Positions 25,063 through 35,059 of a DNA stretch of 43,341 nucleotides are shown here, one piece after another. This DNA is from Paracoccaceae bacterium (GTDB taxonomy: Bacteria > Pseudomonadota > Alphaproteobacteria > Rhodobacterales > Rhodobacteraceae), in NCBI GenBank assembly GCA_043736475.1, contig JAYTCN010000464.1:1-43341 (forward strand). Direction: 5' to 3'. The position numbers were made by a program, and so were the translations under genes. Position 1 is the first letter of the stretch; every line of letters begins with the position of its first letter. The notes under the pieces were generated by a model, which saw nothing but the letters and a program-made list of their open reading frames with translations, was not told the origin of the DNA and searched no databases.

Positions 25063-26214
25063 GTGGCGCTCACAGTGTTCGACCCACAGCCTTGGCTTAG
25101 CCTGATCGATGGCGAAAACCCGTCGGGTGTAGGGCTGCGAAACGATTTGCGTTTCCACGAACTTGAGCGGCTGATGCAGCCACGGGTGGAAGTTGTTCGG
25201 GATGACCGCAACAACCCGGTCTCGCAGGCCGGCGTTCCGGTTGACTGGACCGCAGTGCTGGAAACGGCCAGGCAATTGAGCCAATCGGGACGTGACTTGC
25301 GTTTGCTGGTGATCGTTGTGCGCGCGTTGGCGAACGAGGACGGATTCAGCGGTTTGGGCAACGGATTCGACCTGATCGCCAAAACAATCGAAGCCTTTTG
25401 GGAAACACTGTTCCCCGAACTCCGCGACTCGCCATCGCCCCGTGATGCGGCGCTGCGGCGGATAAATGCGCTGCTGCAGATGGAGAGCGACGCTGACGGC
25501 GTGCTTGGCGATATTTCCCGGAAGATCATATTCAGTCCCCGAGGCTTTGGCGATGTCACCGGCGGCGATCTCGAAATGGGCATGATCGATGGACAAACAA
25601 TGCTGCGCGAGGCGGCGCAGGGCCTGAATCAAAAGGAAAAAGCAGCGCTGGCAGAAAAACACGATGCTCTGGTGCAAAGGGTGAAAAATGCCTGCAAGGC
25701 GCGGTCGGACCAGGACGCCGCCGGGCTGGAAGCCCTGCGCAGCGACGCCGCGGCGGCACTGGCCGCGTTGGGGCGTATGGAGGACGCAGTTGGACAGAAA
25801 CTCGGCAGCAACGGTGCCGGGAGCATCCTGCCCGGTCTGCAGCGATTTTTGAAACGGGTGACCGCAACGCTCGACAACACGAGATTGATGCTGGATGCAA
25901 ACGAACCTAAATTGCCGCCGGTGACAAATGTCACTTCGCAGACTGCTTCCGTTGCGCTACCCTTGGCGCCGGCAACTACAGGAGGCGGGGCAATACCGGA
26001 TCGTCTGAATTCCCGGGGCGAGGTTGAAATGCTGCTCGACCTGATCATTGACTTCTATGACCGAACCGAGCCGTCGAGTCCGATCCCGCATCTGGCGCGG
26101 CGGATCCGTCGGATGGTGCCGATGGATTTTCTGGCCCTGATGGAAGAGATGGCCCCAAGCGGGTTGAAGGAATTCAAATCTTTGGCCGGTGTGGCCGAAG
26201 ACAAAAAAGCGTGA
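25063..26214 (+). CDS. tssA: T6SS protein TssA (ImpA N-terminal domain family)
   Basis: ImpA_N-type N-terminus LIDGENPSGVGLRNDLRFHELERL...VDWTAVLETARQLSQSGRDLRLLV. The gene sits directly upstream of tssBC. It uses a GTG start. Confidence 0.85.
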   Translation: MALTVFDPQPWLSLIDGENPSGVGLRNDLRFHELERLMQPRVEVVRDDRNNPVSQAGVPVDWTAVLETARQLSQSGRDLRLLVIVVRALANEDGFSGLGNGFDLIAKTIEAFWETLFPELRDSPSPRDAALRRINALLQMESDADGVLGDISRKIIFSPRGFGDVTGGDLEMGMIDGQTMLREAAQGLNQKEKAALAEKHDALVQRVKNACKARSDQDAAGLEALRSDAAAALAALGRMEDAVGQKLGSNGAGSILPGLQRFLKRVTATLDNTRLMLDANEPKLPPVTNVTSQTASVALPLAPATTGGGAIPDRLNSRGEVEMLLDLIIDFYDRTEPSSPIPHLARRIRRMVPMDFLALMEEMAPSGLKEFKSLAGVAEDKKA

Positions 26215-26236
26215 CCGACAGGAAAAGGTGAGCAAG

Positions 26237-26776
26237 ATGGCCGAAAGCAAGGCAAAAGTAATCGAACGGAATCGTGCGCCGCGCGTGCAGATTGCGTATG
26301 ATGTCGAACATTATGGCAGTCCGACCACGATCGAATTGCCTTTTGTGATGGGTGTGATGGCCGATTTGTCGGGTGCCAGTGAAACGCCGGAAGCGCAAAA
26401 AGCGGTGCTGGACCGTAATTTCGTCGAGACAGACGCCGGACGCTTCAACAAGTTCATGGAAGCCCTGGGCCCGCGGGTGAAGGCCCGGGTGAAAAACACG
26501 CTTCCCGGCAAGGAAGGCGCGGAGGCCGATGAAGAGATGTTCGTTGACCTGTCCTTCAAGAGCATGGGCGATTTCGCGCCAGACAAGGTGGCCGAACAGG
26601 TGCCGGCGCTGGCCGAAATCCTGAAGATGCGCAAGCAGCTGGAAGAACTGCTTGGTTTCATGGATGGCCGTGTCGATGCCGAGAAACGTATCGCCCAGCT
26701 CCTGGCCAACGAACCATTGCTGCAACAGGTTTCCGATGAGGCCATGAAGGCCAATGCCGGCAAAGTAGAGGATTAA
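26237..26776 (+). CDS. tssB: T6SS contractile sheath small subunit TssB
   Basis: MAESKAKVIERNRAPRVQIAYDVEHYGSPTTIELPFVMGVMADLSG is the canonical TssB/VipA start. The ATG is at 26237, inside the 26189 ORF. Confidence 0.95.
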   Translation: MAESKAKVIERNRAPRVQIAYDVEHYGSPTTIELPFVMGVMADLSGASETPEAQKAVLDRNFVETDAGRFNKFMEALGPRVKARVKNTLPGKEGAEADEEMFVDLSFKSMGDFAPDKVAEQVPALAEILKMRKQLEELLGFMDGRVDAEKRIAQLLANEPLLQQVSDEAMKANAGKVED

Positions 26777-26781
26777 CGCAA

Positions 26782-28290
26782 ATGGCTGAAACAGAAAAAA
26801 AGGCAGGCGGCGCCGCTGCCGAGGCCGAAGCCATCGATCTTGGCGAATTCAGCGCCCTTCTGGAGAAGGACTTCCGGGTCAAGAAAGACGACAGCGACAA
26901 GCTGCAGGGGCTGGTGCGCAACCTGGCGCTGGCCGCCCAAAACCGTTCGGACACGACCACGATTTCCGGCAACGCGGTCAAGTCGATCAAGTCGCTGATC
27001 GCCGGTATCGACAAGATGCTGACCGAGCAAGTCAACGTCATCATGCATTGCGAGGAACTGCGGACAATCGAAGGGTCGTGGCGCGGCCTGCATTATCTGG
27101 TCAATAATACCGAAACCGACCAGAAGCTGAAAATCCGGGTGATGAATATCTCCAAGGACGAACTGGCCGACACGCTGGAAGATTACGAAGGCCAGATGTG
27201 GGACCAGTCGCCGATTTTCCGCAAGGTCTACACCGACGAATATTCGATGTTCGGCGGTGAGCCGTTTGGTGCCCTGATCGGCGGCTACGAGTTTTCCAAC
27301 CATCCGCGCGATGTCGGGATGCTGCGGTCGCTGTCGGGTGTCTGCGCTTCGGCGCATACGCCTTTCATTGCTGCCGCTTCGCCAAAAGTGTTCCGGATGG
27401 ACAGCTGGCAGGAATTGCCGAACCCGCAGGATTTGCAGCAGATCGTGTCCTCGCCCAGCTATGCCTCGTGGCAGAGCCTGCGCGAAAGCGAAGACGCCCG
27501 CTACATCGGCCTGACCTTGCCGCGCGTGTTGGCGCGGCTGCCTTATGGTGCCGATACGGTTCCAGTGAAAGGGTTCTCGTTCGAGGAGGAAATCGCCGGC
27601 GATCACGACAATTACGTCTGGATGAATGCGGCTTTCCCGATGGGGGTGAACATCAACCGCAGCCACAAGCTGTTTGGCTGGGGTACCCAGATCAGGGGCG
27701 TGGAATCGGGCGGGACGGTCATCAACCTGCCGGTGCATTCCTTCCCGACCGACGATGGTTCGGTGGCGATGAAATGCCCGACCGAGATTGCCATCGACGA
27801 CCGGCGCGAGGCCGAACTGGCCAAACTCGGTCTGATGCCGATTCTGCACCGCAAGAACACCGATCTCGCGGCCTTCATCGGTGCCCACAGCTTGCAGGAT
27901 GACGAGGCGCGTGCGGGGCGACTGGTCGATCCCGACGCGCAAGCCAATGAACGGCTGTCGGCTAACCTGCCCTATCTGTTCCCGGTGTCGCGATTTGCGC
28001 ATTACCTGAAGGCGATCGCGCGCGACAAGGTCGGCACGTTCAAGGAACGCGCCGACATGCAGACCTGGCTGACCGAATGGATCAACCGCTACGTGCTGGC
28101 CAATCCGGCCTTTGCCGATGACAAGGCCCGGGCCAAACGCCCGCTGGCGGCGGCGGAGGTGCAGGTTGACAGTGTGGAAGGGCGGCCAGGTTATTATGCG
28201 GCGCGGTTCTATTTGCGGCCGCATTATCAGCTGGAAGGGATCAATGCCTCGCTGCGTCTGGTGTCCGAGCTGCCTTCCGTGAAGTCATAA
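26782..28290 (+). CDS. tssC: T6SS contractile sheath large subunit TssC
   Basis: The protein is 502 aa. WRGLHYLV, FGGEPFGALIGGYEF, LPRVLARLPYG and the C-terminal YYAARFYLRPHYQLEGINASLRLV are typical of TssC/VipB. Confidence 0.95.
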   Translation: MAETEKKAGGAAAEAEAIDLGEFSALLEKDFRVKKDDSDKLQGLVRNLALAAQNRSDTTTISGNAVKSIKSLIAGIDKMLTEQVNVIMHCEELRTIEGSWRGLHYLVNNTETDQKLKIRVMNISKDELADTLEDYEGQMWDQSPIFRKVYTDEYSMFGGEPFGALIGGYEFSNHPRDVGMLRSLSGVCASAHTPFIAAASPKVFRMDSWQELPNPQDLQQIVSSPSYASWQSLRESEDARYIGLTLPRVLARLPYGADTVPVKGFSFEEEIAGDHDNYVWMNAAFPMGVNINRSHKLFGWGTQIRGVESGGTVINLPVHSFPTDDGSVAMKCPTEIAIDDRREAELAKLGLMPILHRKNTDLAAFIGAHSLQDDEARAGRLVDPDAQANERLSANLPYLFPVSRFAHYLKAIARDKVGTFKERADMQTWLTEWINRYVLANPAFADDKARAKRPLAAAEVQVDSVEGRPGYYAARFYLRPHYQLEGINASLRLVSELPSVKS

Positions 28291-28317
28291 CCGTGTTCAA
28301 AGCAAAGGAGAATCGCC

Positions 28318-28767
28318 ATGAAGATCGACGGATTTTTGAAAGTTCCCGATATCCCCGGCCCAAGCATCCGCGACGGTCACGAGGAAGAGATGGAAATCCA
28401 CGGCGTCGAGTTCAAGATGTACGGGCCGCACGACCCTACCTCGCTGAGCCGCAGCGGCCGGGTGGTTATGGAGGCGATCAATTTTTCCAAATATTATGAC
28501 ATGGGCTCGCCGTTTCTGAAGCAGGCGTTGTGGCAGAACAAGACGTTCGGCGAGGTCAAATTCAGCGCTCGGCGCACCATAGAGGGTGAAACCTCGGACT
28601 ATCTGGTGGTGACGCTGACTGACGCCTCGGTGATGACCTACGCGATGCAGCCGAGTACGGATGAGCAGAACAAGATCGAAGAGAAAGTCGGCTTCGCTTA
28701 CAAGTCGATTACCTTCACCTATGATGGCAGTTTCGAAACAATAATGGATGTTCACACTGGCATGTAA
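28318..28767 (+). CDS. hcp: T6SS inner tube protein Hcp (TssD)
   Basis: The protein is 149 aa. MKIDGFLKVPDIPGPSIRDGHEEEMEIHGVEF resembles the Hcp N-terminus (FLKxxxIxGES..xxHxxEIxV). Size and position after tssC fit, and the SD AAGGAG is present. Confidence 0.8.
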   Translation: MKIDGFLKVPDIPGPSIRDGHEEEMEIHGVEFKMYGPHDPTSLSRSGRVVMEAINFSKYYDMGSPFLKQALWQNKTFGEVKFSARRTIEGETSDYLVVTLTDASVMTYAMQPSTDEQNKIEEKVGFAYKSITFTYDGSFETIMDVHTGM

Positions 28768-28792
28768 GTTCGGGATGGGTCAGAATTGAAAG

Positions 28793-29503
28793 ATGTCGAA
28801 TACCGGCAATAATGTGCGGGCGACCCGTGAGGCGGTCCAGCCGTCGCTTTGGGATCGCCTGCAAGATGATTTGCCGGGGATAATTTCTGAAATTTCCGGA
28901 CTGCGTACAGCGCTCGAAAAGGAACTCGGCCCGGAGCTTTTCGTCGCCGTTTCGCTGCGGCGGAGCGTCGAGGCCGACGCGAAATTGACGGCGCCGCAGA
29001 AAGAGCGGCTGCTGCGTCTGAGCCAGCAGGAAGCCCGGCGCGACCGGCTGGAGGCGCGCAGCATCGTTGTGTCGCCCGATGTTTTGCGCGAGGCGGTGCG
29101 GCGCGACATCGAAATGCTGTTCAATACCGAACGTTTTGAATCATCGCTGTTGCTGAGCGATCGCGAATACGCGATGGCACCCGATTCGCCGCCCTCGCTC
29201 GACGGCTTCGACGAAGTCCGGCGCAGCGTGGTCAATTTTGGCGTGCCGTCGTTTTCAGGCCGCTCCAGCCGTGACTTTGACCGCGACAAGCTGGCCCGTG
29301 AAATCAAGGAGATATTGGGCGTCTTTGAGCCAAGGCTGAAGCGCAACTCGATAAATGTCACGGTCAGGGCCGACGAAAAGACCGGGTTGCGCATCGACAT
29401 CGACGCCCTGCTTATCATGTCGCCGACACCGGAACGCATGCGGTTGCGCACGATGATTGATCTTGACAACGGGCGCGCAATTACTGCGGCAGAGCAAGGC
29501 TGA
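28793..29503 (+). CDS. tssE: T6SS baseplate protein TssE (gp25-like), unusually long
   Basis: TssE blocks are present: QPSLWDRLQDD, LREAVRRDIEMLFNTERFE, RSVVNFGVPSF, ILGVFEPRLKRNSINV and LRIDIDALLIM. An extra segment of about 65-70 aa lies between the first two blocks. Confidence 0.8.
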   Translation: MSNTGNNVRATREAVQPSLWDRLQDDLPGIISEISGLRTALEKELGPELFVAVSLRRSVEADAKLTAPQKERLLRLSQQEARRDRLEARSIVVSPDVLREAVRRDIEMLFNTERFESSLLLSDREYAMAPDSPPSLDGFDEVRRSVVNFGVPSFSGRSSRDFDRDKLAREIKEILGVFEPRLKRNSINVTVRADEKTGLRIDIDALLIMSPTPERMRLRTMIDLDNGRAITAAEQG

Positions 29504-31380
29504 TGGACCGGGTATTTCTTGAGTACTACAACGAGGAACTGGTTCACATCCGCGAGCTGGGGCGCGAGTTTGCCGACATTCACCCGGCGGTCGCCAGGAA
29601 CCTTTCGCTGGACACGGTCCCCTGTCCCGACCCCTATGTCGAGCGACTGCTTGAGGGTGTGGCCTTCCTGGCGGCGCGGACCCGGTTAAAAGTCGATGCC
29701 GAGGCGTCGCGCTTCGCGCGCAATGTGCTGGAAGTTCTTTATCCCGACCTGCTCGGCCCTGCGCCGGCGATGTCGATGGCGATTTTGCGACCGGGCCCGC
29801 AAGTCATGACCATGCCGGAGGGGCATGTCGTTGGCCGTGGCACCCGGCTGGCCAGCGGATTGCGCGAAGGCCTGGCCACGCGGGCAACCTATACCACGGC
29901 GCAGGATGTGGCCCTGTGGCCGATCAAGATCGCGCGGGCTGAATACCTGCAAGACCGGGGCGCGATTGCCGCGGCGGGCCTGTCGGATATAGACGGAAAA
30001 AGCGGCGAGTCGGGCCTGCGGCTGGTGATCGCGCGCGACGGCCCCGGCGATATGGCGGAACTCGCCCTCGACCGGATTGATCTGCATTTCGCGGGCAAGG
30101 CGCGGGCGGCGCTTCTGTTCGATGCCGTGCACGGCGCGACGATCGCCGCCGGTGCCAGAGCCGCCGTGAAGGATCAAAGAACCACAAAAATCTCCGGGCC
30201 CGGGCTGGTCGGGATCAACGATGACGAGGCGTTGTTGCCGCGCACGCGTTCGACCTTTGAAGGCTACCGCCTTTTGCGCGAATATTTCCTGATGCCAGAG
30301 CGGTTTTACTTTGCCCGTTTCGAGGGCCTGAAGCCGATCGTGAAATCCTGCGGCAAGAATCACCTGGAAATCGTCGTCCTGTTCCGTCGGCCCTGTCCGG
30401 AACTGGCCGATGTCGCGGTGGCGGATTTCGAATTGTTCGTTGCCCCGGTCATAAACCTGTTCGAACGCGATTGTGACGTGATCGAACTTGACGAACGAAA
30501 GTTCCAGCAGGTCCTGCATGCTGACCGGACGCGAAGCCGCGACTTTGAAATTTACGCCGTCTCGCGCGTCGAGGACGCCGATCTGGAGGGCAGCGACTCG
30601 GAAATTCCTCCGGTATTTGGCATGGTTCAGCCAAAGGGACATGGCATATTCCATGCGACCGAACGCCGGCCGCGCCGACCTGCGGAAGATGAACGCCGCG
30701 ATGGCCAGACCCGGACGTCCTATACGGGCGACGACATGTTCATTTCGGTGTCCCGCCCCCGCCACGCGCCGGCCAGCCGAAGTCTGAAGCGGCTCGCGGT
30801 CAGGGCGCTGTGCACAAACCGGGATCTGCCGATTCTCGATGACAATCCGGCGCTGTCGCTCGAAAGCGGTGATCCGGTTTCGGTGGTGCAATTGCTGTCA
30901 GCCATGCGTCCGCCGCGATCGTCGTTGCCAGCAGTGTTGCCAACTTCTGCTGGCGGGGAATCACGGCTGGACGACCTTTCCTGGCGTTTGATTGGCCAAC
31001 TCTCGCTCAACTTTCTGTCGCTGGCCGAAGAGCAGCCAGGTGCCGAGCCGTTGCGGGCTCTGCTCGGGCTCTATGCCGATCGCGGTGACCCGGCCTTGGC
31101 GCGGCATGCGCGTGCCATTGATCGTGTCTCGGCCCGTCCGGTTATTGACCGGCTGGACCTGGCGGGACCGATGTGTTTCGGCCGCGGCACCGAGGTGACA
31201 CTGCAAGTTGACGAGAATATCCTTTCCGGTCACAGCAGCCTGTTGCTGACGCGGCTGGTTGACAAATTGTTTGCACGCTATGCCGGGATCAATTCCTTTG
31301 TGCGGACCAAGACCCGATTGATGCAGAAACGAGAGGAATTGGCATGGCCGACAATGCCCGGCAACCGATACCTGATCTGA
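29503..31380 (+). CDS. tssF: T6SS baseplate protein TssF
   Basis: The protein is 625 aa. FLEYYNEELVHIRELGREFADIHPAVARNL and DPYVERLLEGVAFLAAR are the canonical TssF N-terminus. The ATG overlaps the tssE TGA. Confidence 0.95.
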   Translation: MDRVFLEYYNEELVHIRELGREFADIHPAVARNLSLDTVPCPDPYVERLLEGVAFLAARTRLKVDAEASRFARNVLEVLYPDLLGPAPAMSMAILRPGPQVMTMPEGHVVGRGTRLASGLREGLATRATYTTAQDVALWPIKIARAEYLQDRGAIAAAGLSDIDGKSGESGLRLVIARDGPGDMAELALDRIDLHFAGKARAALLFDAVHGATIAAGARAAVKDQRTTKISGPGLVGINDDEALLPRTRSTFEGYRLLREYFLMPERFYFARFEGLKPIVKSCGKNHLEIVVLFRRPCPELADVAVADFELFVAPVINLFERDCDVIELDERKFQQVLHADRTRSRDFEIYAVSRVEDADLEGSDSEIPPVFGMVQPKGHGIFHATERRPRRPAEDERRDGQTRTSYTGDDMFISVSRPRHAPASRSLKRLAVRALCTNRDLPILDDNPALSLESGDPVSVVQLLSAMRPPRSSLPAVLPTSAGGESRLDDLSWRLIGQLSLNFLSLAEEQPGAEPLRALLGLYADRGDPALARHARAIDRVSARPVIDRLDLAGPMCFGRGTEVTLQVDENILSGHSSLLLTRLVDKLFARYAGINSFVRTKTRLMQKREELAWPTMPGNRYLI

Positions 31381-32399
31381 CCGCCAAGCGCGGCGAGCCG
31401 CTGACGGGAATAGATTTTTTTCAACTGTTGCGGTTGCTGGAGACTGGCGAAAAGGTTTTTGGCCGAGGTGGCGGACCGGCGCGGGAACCGGCCCGGCTGG
31501 GCCAGCAGGTTCGGCAGAATTTTGCGGTGCAGGATGTCGCGTCGCTGCAGCTGGAAACGGCGGCAGGTCCGGCGAAGGTGCGGGTGATGAACCTTGGGCT
31601 TTTGGGTCCGGAAGGACCGATGCCCCTGCATATGACGCGCTGGGCGCTCGACCGCCTGTCGCAGCGCTGGTTTTCCGGCACCGACGGCGGCCAGACCAGC
31701 GACACGACGTTTGTCGATTTTGCCGATTTATTGCAGCATCGGATGATTGCGCTGTTCTATCGGGCCTGGGCCGACACCAGACCGGAGGTTCAGAGCGGAC
31801 GCGGCAACGGTGACCGCTTTGGCAGCATGCTGCGCGCTTTGGGCGGGATCGGCCTGCCCGGCAGCGAAAGCCGGGATGAACTGGACGCGCTGCGCGGCAG
31901 GCAGGCAGCGGCGCTGGCCCATCAGGTGCACGGGCCCGAGCGCCTGACCAAATTCGTCGCTGCCGCCATTTCCGCCCCGGTGCAACTGGTGGAATATGTC
32001 GGCAACTGGGTGTCGATCCCGGCAAATCTTTGCTCGAGGCTGGGCGCTTCGCACAACCGGCTTGGCAAAGGTGCCGTGGCGGGCGGGCGAACGTTTCAGC
32101 GGCAAAACAAGATCGAGCTGCGTATCGGACCGCTGGGGTTGCAGCGGTTTGCCGAATTTGCTGCAAAAGGCCCCGCTTCGCGCACTTTGCGCCAGGCGGT
32201 TCTGGCCAATCTGGGCCACGGGATTGACGTCGATGTCCGGCTGGTGTTGCGCAAGGAAGAAGTGCCGGACGCAACCATCGGCAACGCGCAATTGTCGCGG
32301 ACCGCCTGGCTTGCACCCAAGCGCCTGACCGATTCCAGCGAGTTGCGGATCGGTCATGTTGCGGGACTGGCGCGCCCGGCCGCACGGGCTGCCGCATGA
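31344..32399 (+). CDS. tssG: T6SS baseplate protein TssG
   Basis: IDFFQLLRLLE, LLGPEGPMPLHMT and the FYRAWA motifs are present. It overlaps the tssF end by 37 nt. Confidence 0.9.
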   Translation: MADNARQPIPDLTAKRGEPLTGIDFFQLLRLLETGEKVFGRGGGPAREPARLGQQVRQNFAVQDVASLQLETAAGPAKVRVMNLGLLGPEGPMPLHMTRWALDRLSQRWFSGTDGGQTSDTTFVDFADLLQHRMIALFYRAWADTRPEVQSGRGNGDRFGSMLRALGGIGLPGSESRDELDALRGRQAAALAHQVHGPERLTKFVAAAISAPVQLVEYVGNWVSIPANLCSRLGASHNRLGKGAVAGGRTFQRQNKIELRIGPLGLQRFAEFAAKGPASRTLRQAVLANLGHGIDVDVRLVLRKEEVPDATIGNAQLSRTAWLAPKRLTDSSELRIGHVAGLARPAARAAA

Positions 32400-33670
32400 G
32401 CCTGCTGCTGACGCTTGAACACGCGCCACATCAGCAGGCTCGCCGTGAATACCGTCACGAAGGCGGTGATTTGACCATTGGCCGCGGTAGCGAGGCAACC
32501 TGGCAGATCGAGGATCCCGAAATGCTGGTCTCGCGGTTTCATTGCCTGATTTCGGGTTCAGGCGGGCACTACCAGGTCACGGATTCGAGCCGGGGCGGCC
32601 TATTCATAGACGGTTCGGACCGGGCGCTTGGGGCCGGCAATTCCGCCAATCTGGAAGATGGCATGCGGCTGAGGCTGGGCGACTATGTGCTGCGGGTGCA
32701 TCTTGCCGCGGCGGCGCCGTCACCCGCCCTGCCAAGCGCGCGCGATGACAGCCCGCCTGCTGCCAGTGCCGGATTCTCCGGCGACGATTTCTTTTCGGTG
32801 CGAACCCCCGCGGCACCGGCGCAGCCGCGACCGAAATCCCTGCCCGATCCGTTTGATGCCCCGCGCCAGTCCGCCGAAAGTTTCCGGGCCGCGCCAAAAT
32901 CGGCGGGCTCGATCGGCTTTGACGACCCGTTCACGCTTGATCCCCGCCCGTCGTCGCCGGTTCAGCCAGCCGCCGACCCCATCGGTTCGGGGTTTTCCGA
33001 CCCATTTGCAATGACGACGCCGCAACCGGCCCGCCCAGCGCCCGCGGAAGACACGCCAGGCATTCCGCCAGCAGACCGTTCGCAGGGCGCGGCCACGCAT
33101 GCGGCATTCATTCGCGGTCTGGGTCTTGATCCCGCTGATTTTGCCGGGGTCGCCCCGGAAGAATTGCTGCAGGCAGCAGGCATGCGCTTCAGATTGCTGG
33201 TCGAGGGGCTGTCGCAATTGCTGAAGAACCGCGCCCAGGAAAAGCAGAATGCGCGCGTTGCCCAGACCATTATCGGCCACTCCGACGTCAATCCGCTCAA
33301 GTTTCTGCCGCATGCCGATGATATGCTTGCCGCTTTGCTGCGCGAAAAATCTCCGGGGTATCTCGCCCCGGAAACGGCAATCACTGCCGCCTTTCGCGAT
33401 CTGGTCGAGCACAATATCCGGTCATGGGAGGGGGTTCAGGCGGCGCTGCGGCGGATGATCGACAGGTTCGACCCAAAAGAACTGGAAGCAGAACTGAAAG
33501 AAAAATCTGCGATTGAGACATTGCTTGCTGGCGGCAAACGCGCGAAACTTTGGCAACTATACGAAGAACGTTTCCAGCAGATTGCCCGTTCGGCAGAAGA
33601 TCGTTTTCTTGGCGAAGTTGGGTCGGATTTCCGCGATGCTTACGAAAAAACAAAAGGCGGGGGCCGGTGA
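32396..33670 (+). CDS. tagH: T6SS FHA-domain protein (Fha / TagH)
   Basis: The N-terminal FHA domain is LTIGRGSEATWQIEDPEMLVSRFHCLISGSGGHYQVTDSSRGGLFIDG...GDYVLRVH. A P/A/S-rich linker and a TagH-type C-terminal domain follow. There is an ATGA overlap with tssG. Confidence 0.9.
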   Translation: MSLLLTLEHAPHQQARREYRHEGGDLTIGRGSEATWQIEDPEMLVSRFHCLISGSGGHYQVTDSSRGGLFIDGSDRALGAGNSANLEDGMRLRLGDYVLRVHLAAAAPSPALPSARDDSPPAASAGFSGDDFFSVRTPAAPAQPRPKSLPDPFDAPRQSAESFRAAPKSAGSIGFDDPFTLDPRPSSPVQPAADPIGSGFSDPFAMTTPQPARPAPAEDTPGIPPADRSQGAATHAAFIRGLGLDPADFAGVAPEELLQAAGMRFRLLVEGLSQLLKNRAQEKQNARVAQTIIGHSDVNPLKFLPHADDMLAALLREKSPGYLAPETAITAAFRDLVEHNIRSWEGVQAALRRMIDRFDPKELEAELKEKSAIETLLAGGKRAKLWQLYEERFQQIARSAEDRFLGEVGSDFRDAYEKTKGGGR

Positions 33671-33723
33671 CGGTGACGATCCTGCCGAACTTCCGGACGA
33701 CCCGAGCAGAAGAAAGGCCGTGA

Positions 33724-35055
33724 ATGACTGACAAGAACAAGGTTGTCTGGTCGGAAGGGCTGTTTTTGCGGACGCAGCATTTCCAGCAGCAGGACCGCTA
33801 CACCGATGCCCTCGTGCGCGGCGCGTTGCGCGCGATCTCGATGCAATCCTGGGGTTTTCGGGGCCTGGAGCTTGATGACTCGGCGCTGGGGGCCGGCCGG
33901 ATTTCGCTGAGCGCGGGTGTGGGCATCCTGCCGGACGGCACACCGTTTTCTATTCCCGAAACCATGGAAGTTCCGCCACCGCTGGCGGTGACCGGCGACA
34001 TGTCGGGTGTCGTCCTGCTTGCGCTGCCTTTGGAAGTTTCTGGTGCAGCGGTCTTCGATCCGGCGCATCTGGATGCTACCGGTGCCCGCTATCGCGGCGT
34101 CATTGCCAATGCCCGCGATGCGGTTCGCGGCGGGGCGGAACCAGAGGAAATCGAGATCGCGCGGCCTGTGTCCCGGCTGATTGCGCCGGGCGAGGAAGCG
34201 GGCGGTTACAGCACGCTGCCGGTGGCGCGTATTGCCGGTCTGAAGGCTGACGGGGCCGTTGCCTTGGCCGAGGGATTTCTGCCGCCCGCATTGATATCCG
34301 GCGCGGTGAAATATTATGGCCAGTTGTTGCGGGAAGTGGTGACCGGGCTCGACCGCATTGCCGATGCGCATGGCGACATGCTGAAGGGCGGGACCTCGCG
34401 TTCGATCGAGAACCTGCTGATTCTGGAACTTGCCAACACGTCTCGTCCGGCTCTGGCCCATATGCTTTCGCAAGACCTGTATCACCCGTCGGAACTTTTC
34501 CGCGAGCTGGCGGGACTGGCCGGAAAGATGGCGACGTATGGATCGGCATCGCGGCGCTTGCAGGACCTGCCGGATTACGACCACATGGACCCGCAGCCAG
34601 CCTTTTCCGCACTGGCGGACGCGCTTCGGTCGTTCATCCTGTCATTGCGGCACGTCGAGCCGAAGTCACGCGCCTTGCCGGTGGCGAAACACGCGACCAA
34701 TGTCTGGAAAGTGCGGATCGATAATCCCGAGATTCTGACCAGCAGCCGCATCGTGCTGCGCATTGGTTCGGAATTGTCGGAAGAAGCCCTGCGCAAGATT
34801 TTCGTCCAGCAAGTGACCGTCGGGTCGGCCGATCAGTTCGAAGCCCTGTGGAAATCGCGATTGCCGGGGATTGCCCTGAAGGCGCTGAATTCGCAACCAC
34901 GCGAAATTCCGTATGACGGCGACCGGTTGTGCCTGGAACTGGATCAGAAAAGCGCCCATTGGCAGTCGCTGCTGGATTCGCCAGGGTTCATCATCGGGGT
35001 CAGCGGGACCTTGCCAAGCGAGCCAAATGTCGATTGTTACGCCGTGAGCAGGTGA
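33724..35055 (+). CDS. tssK: T6SS baseplate protein TssK
   Basis: VVWSEGLFLRTQHFQQQDRY is the TssK signature N-terminus. The protein is 443 aa. Confidence 0.95.
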   Translation: MTDKNKVVWSEGLFLRTQHFQQQDRYTDALVRGALRAISMQSWGFRGLELDDSALGAGRISLSAGVGILPDGTPFSIPETMEVPPPLAVTGDMSGVVLLALPLEVSGAAVFDPAHLDATGARYRGVIANARDAVRGGAEPEEIEIARPVSRLIAPGEEAGGYSTLPVARIAGLKADGAVALAEGFLPPALISGAVKYYGQLLREVVTGLDRIADAHGDMLKGGTSRSIENLLILELANTSRPALAHMLSQDLYHPSELFRELAGLAGKMATYGSASRRLQDLPDYDHMDPQPAFSALADALRSFILSLRHVEPKSRALPVAKHATNVWKVRIDNPEILTSSRIVLRIGSELSEEALRKIFVQQVTVGSADQFEALWKSRLPGIALKALNSQPREIPYDGDRLCLELDQKSAHWQSLLDSPGFIIGVSGTLPSEPNVDCYAVSR

Positions 35056-35059
35056 TCAG

